Source of the DNA: a virus
Length of the DNA: 64,000 nt
Direction: 5' to 3' (one strand)
IMG/VR virus record: IMGVR_UViG_3300049259_000288
Coordinates: 1-64,000 of that record
Both the position numbers and the translations under genes were made by a program. Positions 17,974 to 23,967 of the stretch are shown in pieces; the first letter of the stretch is position 1, and each line of letters opens with the position of its first letter. The notes under the pieces were generated by a model, which was not told where the DNA came from, did no database searches, and saw nothing but the letters and a program-made list of their open reading frames with translations.

Positions 17974-17982
17974 CGACGGGAT

Positions 17983-18105
17983 GTGAAGCTGAGCTCGCGT
18001 GCGGTCACCAACATCCTGACGATCATCGTGCTGATCGTGGCGCTGCTGCCGCTCGAGGTGTGGCTCCTCGACAACATCTTTCACTTCGGATACAGCGGCG
18101 ACTAG
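17983..18105 (+). CDS. small membrane protein antisense within the tRNA array
   Basis: 40 aa, one hydrophobic helix; fills the only long non-tRNA gap; own promoter. Confidence 0.65.
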   Translation: MKLSSRAVTNILTIIVLIVALLPLEVWLLDNIFHFGYSGD

Positions 18106-18106
18106 A

Positions 18107-18180
18107 TGGGGTGACCGAGCGGAATTGAACCGCCATCACCAGGGCCACAACCTGGCGCTCTACCATTGAGCTACGGCCAC
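18107..18180 (-). tRNA. tRNA-His(GTG)
   Basis: Loop TT-GTG-GC; C73; CCA; T at position -1. Confidence 0.9.
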
Positions 18181-18182
18181 AG

Positions 18183-18255
18183 TAGGCGTGGGGGGAGTCG
18201 AACCCCCGCAACACAGCGTGTGGAGCTGCTGCTCTGGCCACTGAGCTACACGCCC
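18183..18255 (-). tRNA. tRNA-Val(CAC), C33
   Basis: Loop TC-CAC-AC. Confidence 0.87.
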
Positions 18256-18264
18256 GAGAACTGC

Positions 18265-18341
18265 TGGTGCCGGCAGCGGGGATCGAACCCGCGATGCTGT
18301 CCGCTTAAAAGGCGGCTGCCTTGCCACTCGGCCACACCGGC
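18265..18341 (-). tRNA. tRNA-Lys(TTT)
   Basis: Loop CT-TTT-AA; CCA. Confidence 0.85.
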
Positions 18342-18349
18342 ATCGTTTC

Positions 18350-18425
18350 TGGTACGCCATCAGGGAGTCGAACCCCGGACCCTCTCCTCATCAGGGAGAT
18401 GCTCTCACCACTGAGCTAATGGCGC
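18350..18425 (-). tRNA. tRNA-Ile(GAT)
   Basis: Loop CT-GAT-GA (G37); CCA. Confidence 0.88.
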
Positions 18426-18426
18426 T

Positions 18427-18502
18427 TGGTAGTCGCGACTGGATTTGAACCAGCGACCTCCTGCGTGTCGAGCAGGCGCTCTAGCCACTGAGCTACGCGA
18501 CC
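18427..18502 (-). tRNA. tRNA-Val(GAC), C33
   Basis: Loop TC-GAC-AC; CCA. Confidence 0.9.
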
Positions 18503-18503
18503 A

Positions 18504-18580
18504 TGGTGGAACCGACTGGCGTCGAACCAGCACCCTTCCGGGCTTCAACCGGACGCTCTCCCTGCCTGAGCTTCGGTTCC
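18504..18580 (-). tRNA. tRNA-Phe(GAA)
   Basis: Loop TT-GAA-GC; CCA. Confidence 0.9.
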
Positions 18581-18584
18581 ATGA

Positions 18585-18636
18585 GGCGCTTGCCCCAGAG
18601 TCGCACTGGGTGAAACGGGCTCGAAGCCCAAGCGCC
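18585..18636 (-). ncRNA. mini tRNA-like three-way junction
   Basis: GGCGCTT/AAGCGCC stem with two hairpins, one T-arm-like (CCCAG-TGCGACT-CTGGG). Confidence 0.4.
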
Positions 18637-18638
18637 AG

Positions 18639-18712
18639 AGCCGGTGACAGGAATCGAACCCGCGTCCTTCTGCTTACAGGGCAGGTGCTCAACCAACGTG
18701 AGCTACACCGGC
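18639..18712 (-). tRNA. tRNA-Thr(TGT), C33
   Basis: Loop CC-TGT-AA. Confidence 0.85.
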
Positions 18713-18716
18713 GAGA

Positions 18717-18791
18717 TGGAGCGGCTGACGCGAATCGAACGCGCATCACATGCTTGGAAGGCACGAGCTCTAGCCATTGAGCTACAACCGC
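18717..18791 (-). tRNA. tRNA-Gly(TCC)
   Basis: Loop CT-TCC-AA; CCA. Confidence 0.9.
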
Positions 18792-18792
18792 A

Positions 18793-18869
18793 TGGAGTGT
18801 GTGACCGGGTTCGAACCGGCGACCTCGACGTTGGCAACGTCGCGCTCTGACCAACTGAGCTACACACAC
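18793..18869 (-). tRNA. tRNA-Gly(GCC)
   Basis: Loop TT-GCC-AA; CCA. Confidence 0.9.
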
Positions 18870-18873
18870 GCGA

Positions 18874-18949
18874 TGGAGAGCGTGACCGGAATCGAACCGG
18901 TGAATGGACTGGGTTGCAACCAGCCGCCTTCCCACTTGGCTACACGCCC
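18874..18949 (-). tRNA. tRNA-Cys(GCA)
   Basis: Loop TT-GCA-AC; U73; CCA. Confidence 0.9.
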
Positions 18950-18953
18950 ACGG

Positions 18954-19028
18954 CCCCGAGACGAGGACTCGAACCCCGCTCCTTCCGCGTTAACAGCGCG
19001 GCGTCGTCGCCCGGACGACTCTCTCGGG
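18954..19028 (-). tRNA. tRNA-Asn(GTT)
   Basis: Loop CT-GTT-AA; G at position 8. Confidence 0.82.
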
Positions 19029-19029
19029 T

Positions 19030-19105
19030 TGGTAGTCCGTACGAGATTCGAACTCGTGATCTTCTGGTTGAGAACCAGATGTGTTCACCCCTACACCAAC
19101 GGACC
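19030..19105 (-). tRNA. tRNA-Glu(CTC)
   Basis: Loop TT-CTC-AA; CCA. Confidence 0.9.
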
Positions 19106-19206
19106 ATGTGCGCCGTTGACGACGTGCGCCGGCGCTGCGCTTGCCATCGAAGAGCACGGCCCTGTGCGGCCCGGAACCGTGTGGCATCTCGTCGATCGTC
19201 GCCGAG

Positions 19207-19279
19207 CACTCCGTACCGGATTCGAACCGGTGCCGTGACCTTGAAAGGGTCGTGTCCTTGGCCGCTAGACGAACGGAGC
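19207..19279 (-). tRNA. tRNA-Glu(TTC)
   Basis: Loop CT-TTC-AA. Confidence 0.9.
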
Positions 19280-19280
19280 A

Positions 19281-19366
19281 TGGCGGAAGGTGGAGGAATT
19301 GAACCCCTGCGCTTGCACGCACCACTGGCTTCGAACCAGCTCGCCTCACCGTCGGCGGCACCTTCC
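19281..19366 (-). tRNA. tRNA-Ser(CGA)
   Basis: Loop TT-CGA-AG; long variable arm; CCA. Confidence 0.87.
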
Positions 19367-19371
19367 TCGAG

Positions 19372-19459
19372 CGGAGCGAGTGAGATTCGAACTCACGGCG
19401 CATTGCTGCGCGCACGTCTTTCCAGAACGGCCCGTTCAGCCAGACTCCGGCATCGCTCC
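19372..19459 (-). tRNA. tRNA-Ser(GGA)
   Basis: Loop CT-GGA-AA; long variable arm. Confidence 0.87.
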
Positions 19460-19463
19460 GAGA

Positions 19464-19553
19464 TGGCGGATCGTGGAGGGCTCGAACCCCCGCCAGTTCC
19501 TCACTGACGCCCCGCGCTTCAAACGCAGTTCGCCCCCACGGGCGGCACGATCC
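19464..19553 (-). tRNA. tRNA-Ser(TGA)
   Basis: Loop TT-TGA-AG; long variable arm; CCA. Confidence 0.85.
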
Positions 19554-19557
19554 TCGA

Positions 19558-19648
19558 TGGCGGAGACGGTGGGATTTGAACCCACGGCGCATCACTGCGC
19601 GCACGACTTAGCAGGTCGGCCCGATGAACCAGACTCTGGCACGTCTCC
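19558..19648 (-). tRNA. tRNA-Ser(GCT)
   Basis: Loop CT-GCT-AA; long variable arm; CCA. Confidence 0.88.
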
Positions 19649-19652
19649 GAGA

Positions 19653-19728
19653 TGGCGTCCTCGGCGCGACTCGAACGCGCGACCTGCGCGTTAGGAGCGC
19701 GCTGCTCTCGCCACTGAGCTACGAGGAC
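19653..19728 (-). tRNA. tRNA-Arg(CCT)
   Basis: Loop CT-CCT-AA; CCA. Confidence 0.9.
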
Positions 19729-19729
19729 G

Positions 19730-19806
19730 TGGAGCCGAAGTCGGGAATCGAACCCGAGGCCTCACCCGTACCAGGGGTGCGCTCTACCAAACTGAGCTAC
19801 GTCGGC
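19730..19806 (-). tRNA. tRNA-Thr(GGT)
   Basis: Loop CT-GGT-AC; CCA. Confidence 0.9.
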
Positions 19807-19807
19807 G

Positions 19808-19882
19808 TGGCGCCCACGACAGGACTCGAACCTGCAGCCTCGACCTCCGGAGGGTCGCGCTCTCCCATTGAGCTACGTGAGC
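19808..19882 (-). tRNA. tRNA-Arg(CCG)
   Basis: Loop CT-CCG-GA; CCA. Confidence 0.9.
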
Positions 19883-19909
19883 TACGTGCTACGTGAGCAT
19901 CGTGCATTG

Positions 19910-19981
19910 CGTCCCAGAGAGGGGTCGAACCTCCAACCTACGGCTCCGTAGACCGTCGCTCTTCCATTGAGCTACCGGGAC
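19910..19981 (-). tRNA. tRNA-Arg(ACG)
   Basis: Loop CT-ACG-GA. Confidence 0.88.
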
Positions 19982-19985
19982 TCGC

Positions 19986-20079
19986 GGCGGGCGCTCTGCC
20001 ACAGAGCTTCGCCGTCCTCGGATGCTGCGCGCAGCATCGTCATCGAACGGCGGCAGGAATTGAACCTGCGCCTCCCGCC
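19986..20079 (-). ncRNA. circularly permuted tRNA-like RNA (YrlA Y-RNA-like architecture)
   Basis: 5'-stem, T arm (GCAGG-TTCAATT-CCTGC), loop-closed acceptor stem, D arm (GCTC-TGTGGCA-GAGC), stem-3'. Confidence 0.75.
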
Positions 20080-20082
20080 TCG

Positions 20083-20158
20083 CGCGGCTGACGGGATTTG
20101 AACCCGCGATCTCTTCCTTGACAGGGAAGTGAGGACGACCAGACTCCTCCACAGCTGC
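20083..20158 (-). tRNA. tRNA-Asp(GTC)
   Basis: Loop CT-GTC-AA; G73. Confidence 0.88.
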
Positions 20159-20163
20159 TTGGG

Positions 20164-20238
20164 TGCGCGATCAGGGACTCGAACCCTGCCTATGTCGGTT
20201 TAAGAGACCGCTGGTCCAGCCATCTGACCAAATCGCGC
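20164..20238 (-). tRNA. tRNA-Lys(CTT)
   Basis: Loop CT-CTT-AA. Confidence 0.87.
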
Positions 20239-20243
20239 GTGAG

Positions 20244-20384
20244 GTGCGTGGAGTGGGCGCGGCGTGTGTGCCTGTTCTTCGATCGGTTTGGAACCCGGCC
20301 AGGCCCTCTGTCACGAGAGCCCACTTCCGTCGGTGACACGAACCGGGTGCGTTCTCGCACGCCTCCATGTCGATCTCCACGCAC
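20244..20384 (-). ncRNA. 141-nt rod-shaped RNA with central bubble (6S-like candidate)
   Basis: Nested stems GTGCGTGGAG, GGCGTG, ACCCGGTT, TGTCAC with an asymmetric internal loop. Confidence 0.5.
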
Positions 20385-20387
20385 GAG

Positions 20388-20467
20388 TGGGCCCGGAGGG
20401 AATCGAACCCCCTGTGTCATTCGACGTCTGGGTTACAACCAGGTGCGCCCCATGGCGCGTCGGACCC
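20388..20467 (-). tRNA. tRNA-Tyr(GTA)
   Basis: Loop TT-GTA-AC; variable arm; short D loop. Confidence 0.85.
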
Positions 20468-20536
20468 GTGTGGCGAGGGTTGGCGCCCTCGCCCTATCTC
20501 GGCGTCTATGCGATTGTCAACGAGCTGGTACTCAAG

Positions 20537-20608
20537 CAGGGGCGGGAGGGATCGAACCTCCGTTGCCGGTTTTGGAGACCGGAGTCCGTTCCACTGGACC
20601 ACGCCCCC
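20537..20608 (-). tRNA. tRNA-Trp(CCA)
   Basis: Loop CT-CCA-AA; first tRNA of the array. Confidence 0.9.
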
Positions 20609-20930
20609 TGGGTGTTGCTGCGGTGAAAGGCAGCCGAGCAGCGGCGCCGGGTATCCCGACGGCTGATCCGCTTCACTGGCTTGCCCTTCGATGTCCTGCG
20701 GTCTGTCGACCTACAGGTTCGACGGCGTTACCAGCTAACGCGGGTCCCCGGCTTATTCGCCGGGATGCGCTTGGCTTCGTACGTCACGCACGAAGGAAGC
20801 GCCTCGGGCGCGCCGGCGGACAGAGCGAATCGCTCTGTCCTCGCATCGGCGTGTGCCCGGTACAACATCGACGCCATCATGCCCACGTCTCGCGCCGCGC
20901 AGTCAATGAATTTCTCGCGATGATGTTCGT

Positions 20931-21116
20931 ATGAGGCTCATCGACCGGGCGACCGGCCAGCCGCCGGTGCTCCGGAACGGCTACTCCTTCTCCATCGAGA
21001 CCATGCTCATCGAGGGCACGGAAGTCCCCGACGGCGTCGTCGGCGAGGACGTCGCGACCGCTCAGTCCTTGCGGACCTCCACGTACTTCACCTCGTACCG
21101 TGCACCAGGTGGGTGA
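20931..21116 (+). CDS. hypothetical protein
   Basis: First ORF divergent from the tRNA array. Confidence 0.5.
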   Translation: MRLIDRATGQPPVLRNGYSFSIETMLIEGTEVPDGVVGEDVATAQSLRTSTYFTSYRAPGG

Positions 21117-21516
21117 CGTCGACCAGAAGGCGGAAGCCCGCGAGACGGTCGACGCGTTGCGCGGGCGGAGCGACTACGAGCTGGGGCTGCTCTGCACGGA
21201 GATCCTGCAGTCGCGCGCGCCGCGGCCGATCGAGAACCGCAAGGGACGCCGGTGCCGGTGGTGTGGCAACGGGATCGCGCCGGACGCGCCGGCGTACCGC
21301 ATGTTCTGTCGTGACGTCTGCATCCAGGCGAAGCAGGACGCCATGGTGCGCGCCAACTGCGAGCACCTCGATTGGGTCGAGGCGCGCGACGCCTATGGCG
21401 AGTTCGAGCGGTGCGCGCGCTGCGGCATGGAGCGCACCGTCGAGGACCGTGTCATGGCCATGCTGATCGCGCTCTTCCGGCCCATGGTCATCGTGCCGGT
21501 GGGCGAGTACCTCTAG
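21100..21516 (+). CDS. Zn-finger protein
   Basis: CRWC...FCRDVC, CEH...CARC; start uncertain. Confidence 0.6.
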   Translation: MHQVGDVDQKAEARETVDALRGRSDYELGLLCTEILQSRAPRPIENRKGRRCRWCGNGIAPDAPAYRMFCRDVCIQAKQDAMVRANCEHLDWVEARDAYGEFERCARCGMERTVEDRVMAMLIALFRPMVIVPVGEYL

Positions 21517-21526
21517 CCTTCCGGCC

Positions 21527-22000
21527 ATGCTGGATGCTGCGTACCTCGACCGTCGCCTCGGCGAGCGGCTCACCTTCCCGACCTTCCTCGCGTCGATCGG
21601 CGAGCCCCTCGAGGGCGACCGACTGCCCGACGGCGAGTGGACCTGGGTGACACTCGGTGGCTACGTGGAGCGGGCCCATGGCGCTATCGCGCCGCCGGCG
21701 GATCAGGTCGGCTTCCACGTCATGGAGTTCGTCACCGAGCTTGGCGATGCGGAGAACGTCGATCGGCTCATCGACCTCGCCGGCCAGCAGATCGACCGCG
21801 CCGTGCTCCTGCGGCTCAGCGCGCTCATCGCCGCGGGCTCGGGCTACCTCGTCGAGAACATGGACGTCATGTACTCGATCGGGGCGCGCGAGACGAAGGT
21901 GTGGGAGGAGCCGATGAACTTCGAGTCGTCGGTCCTGCACTGGATGTGCCGGACCCCGGTGCGCCTGGCGATTGGGATGCCAGCGGGCGTTCCCGCCTGA
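21527..22000 (+). CDS. hypothetical protein
   Basis: Clean ORF with phage codon usage. Confidence 0.65.
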   Translation: MLDAAYLDRRLGERLTFPTFLASIGEPLEGDRLPDGEWTWVTLGGYVERAHGAIAPPADQVGFHVMEFVTELGDAENVDRLIDLAGQQIDRAVLLRLSALIAAGSGYLVENMDVMYSIGARETKVWEEPMNFESSVLHWMCRTPVRLAIGMPAGVPA

Positions 22001-22014
22001 GCATCCGCCCAGCG

Positions 22015-22036
22015 CGTCACGGCGCCCCCGTATCAT
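22015..22036 (+). promoter_or_regulatory. YGTCAC-N10-TANNNT promoter
   Basis: CGTCAC-N10-TATCAT in the intergenic gap. Confidence 0.55.
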
Positions 22037-22109
22037 CGGTGCGAGGTTGCACGCGGCAAACCAACCGGTGGCCTCGGTAGCAGACGATTCGTCTCCCGAG
22101 GAGGGCCCT

Positions 22110-22352
22110 ATGGCCGAGCGAGTGCGTGCGAAGTTCTACGTGGCCGAGATCGGCAAGACGACCTACGGCGGCAAGGTCGTGCTGCGCGCGGTGTCGCGCG
22201 GTGAGGACAACAAGCAGTGGGCGAACGCGACGCCCAGCGGCGAGATCACGCTGTCCATCCGCAACGAGCTGGCGCTCGAGGTGTTCGACGTGAACGACGA
22301 GTTCTACGTCGACTTCATCAAGGCGCCCAAGGGCGAAGAGGGGATGGGCTGA
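22110..22352 (+). CDS. hypothetical beta-barrel-like phage protein
   Basis: GAGGAGG RBS; VRAKF...W..ATPSG.I.L.I.N...F......YVDF. Confidence 0.75.
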   Translation: MAERVRAKFYVAEIGKTTYGGKVVLRAVSRGEDNKQWANATPSGEITLSIRNELALEVFDVNDEFYVDFIKAPKGEEGMG

Positions 22353-23104
22353 TGGCCTACCCCGCCATCAACTGCAGGTTCATCACTCCCACCGGCTGGA
22401 TCCGGCGCGTCACCGTCCACTGGAAGCGCCCCGAGGGGTGCCGGGTCGAGGCGGCGTACTGCAACGAGCGCCGCAACGTCGACGACGGACCGGGCATCCC
22501 GGCCGACGATGGGTGGCAGACCCAGCTGCCGGCGCCGTGGACGCCAGGCATGTGCGAGGACTGCGCCAAGCCCTACGACGGCTCCGAGGCCCACGCCACG
22601 AGCATGGTCCAGATGCGGTGGAGCACCGAGAGCGGGCGGCCAGAGCCCGGCGACCTGCTCTACATCACCGAGGACATCCGCGAGATCGAGCGGATGATCC
22701 ACGTCAACGGTCACACCCCTCACGAGGGGTGCGACCAGTGCGTGCCGGGGGCCGCGGGCCCGATGGCGTGCGGTGACCTGTGCTACGCCCGGTCAGCCGG
22801 CGAACCGGAGGATGCTCCGCAGCGGATCGCGACAGCTGGCTGGCACAACTGCGATGGCCGTCACCTGGTGTGCATCCTGCCGAACGGACACCCCTGGGAC
22901 GTCGACGGCCGGGCCAACAACTGCACGATGCCGAACGAGCGGCTGCACCGCTGCTGGGTGCGACACGGCAGCCCGGAGAACCTGACCGTGCACGTCTCGA
23001 AGAACGGACCGTCCTGCGCCGCTGGCGCGGGGTCGATCCTCTCCGGCGACTACCACGGCTTCCTGCAGATGGCCAACGGGCGATCGACGCTGACCGCCGG
23101 ATAG
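22352..23104 (+). CDS. Cys/His-rich metal-binding protein
   Basis: TGATG overlap; NC...HRCW...C.AGAGSI....YHGFL. Confidence 0.7.
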   Translation: MAYPAINCRFITPTGWIRRVTVHWKRPEGCRVEAAYCNERRNVDDGPGIPADDGWQTQLPAPWTPGMCEDCAKPYDGSEAHATSMVQMRWSTESGRPEPGDLLYITEDIREIERMIHVNGHTPHEGCDQCVPGAAGPMACGDLCYARSAGEPEDAPQRIATAGWHNCDGRHLVCILPNGHPWDVDGRANNCTMPNERLHRCWVRHGSPENLTVHVSKNGPSCAAGAGSILSGDYHGFLQMANGRSTLTAG

Positions 23105-23161
23105 GTCTACGGTGCTCGTGGCGGCCGGCCTGCTTCCGCCGTGCAGGTCTGGCCGCCATCA

Positions 23162-23341
23162 TCACCTGGTGCGAGGGTTCCACCGCCAGTGATGCACGAC
23201 TGCGTCCGGATCCGCGAGGAACTCCTGGGCGTCGCGCTCGCCGAGCTTGAGCACGCTGAGCACGTAGGGGTTGACCCGGCCCACGCCGACGCGCTGGATC
23301 AGGTAGGTGGTGCCGGCCTCGGTCCGGACGAGGTCACCCAC
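23162..23341 (-). CDS. small hypothetical protein
   Basis: GDLVRTEAGTTYLI...; start uncertain. Confidence 0.45.
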   Translation of the reverse strand: MGDLVRTEAGTTYLIQRVGVGRVNPYVLSVLKLGERDAQEFLADPDAVVHHWRWNPRTR

Positions 23342-23382
23342 CTGGGGCGGGTCCGCGTGCCAAGACGTCGCCGTCAGGCGCC

Positions 23383-23607
23383 TTAGCGATTCCGGCGCTT
23401 GGACTCCCGCTGCATCTTGCGGCGCGCCGCGCGCGCGTCGAGCTCCTTGGCGCCGAGCTTCACGCGTTGGGCGATGGCGTTGATCTCGTCCTCGGTGCCG
23501 AAGGCGAGGATGGCGCCCTCCATCGCCTTGCGCGCTGCCATCTCGTGCTTCGCCTCATCGAACGTCGTCGCTTCGAGCATCTCGACGTGGCCGTCGGGTT
23601 GGATCAT
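23383..23607 (-). CDS. hypothetical protein
   Basis: GGAGGA RBS. Confidence 0.7.
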   Translation of the reverse strand: MIQPDGHVEMLEATTFDEAKHEMAARKAMEGAILAFGTEDEINAIAQRVKLGAKELDARAARRKMQRESKRRNR

Positions 23608-23684
23608 CGGGTCCTCCTGTGCGTCTGGGGACCTGGTACCAGCCGATGACGGCCACCGCAGGGTGCGCTCAGGATAGGCCAGCC

Positions 23685-23710
23685 TGAAACGTCGAGGTCG
23701 GATAGCCGAT
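23685..23710 (+). promoter_or_regulatory. sigma-28-type late promoter
   Basis: TGAA-N16-GCCGAT(AG). Confidence 0.8.
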
Positions 23711-23745
23711 AGAGGGAACGAGAACTCACCCCGTGGAGGACTGAG

Positions 23746-23967
23746 ATGGCAGAAGGCGACCGCCCGTTCGCGGGGACCCAGATCGGCAGCGACGGCAAGC
23801 GGTACGACACCGGCGATCAGCCGACGACCCGCGAGACGCCCAAGACCACCTACCAGGTGTTCGGCACGCCGTCGCCCGGCGACATCGTCTGGTGGAACCC
23901 CGACACCGAGCGCCTCGAGTTCACGGACTTCGACACGGCGTCGGCGTACGTCCCGTCGAGCAGCTAG
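23746..23967 (+). CDS. hypothetical protein (predicted late gene)
   Basis: GGAGG RBS; own late-type promoter; converges on the glycosyltransferase operon. Confidence 0.7.
   Translation: MAEGDRPFAGTQIGSDGKRYDTGDQPTTRETPKTTYQVFGTPSPGDIVWWNPDTERLEFTDFDTASAYVPSSS

Noticed and set aside
18265-18341. Ochre suppressor tRNA (TTA)
   Set aside because: Correct stem register gives loop CT-TTT-AA, i.e. Lys; genes use standard stops, with no sign of recoding
19871-19898. GCTACGTGA tandem repeats as a CRISPR array or iteron
   Set aside because: Short slippage-type duplication of the tRNA-Arg(CCG) 5' end; no spacers
16699-20934. ORF-track proteins overlapping the tRNA array
   Set aside because: Sequence is explained by tRNA cloverleafs; only 17983-18105 looks coding
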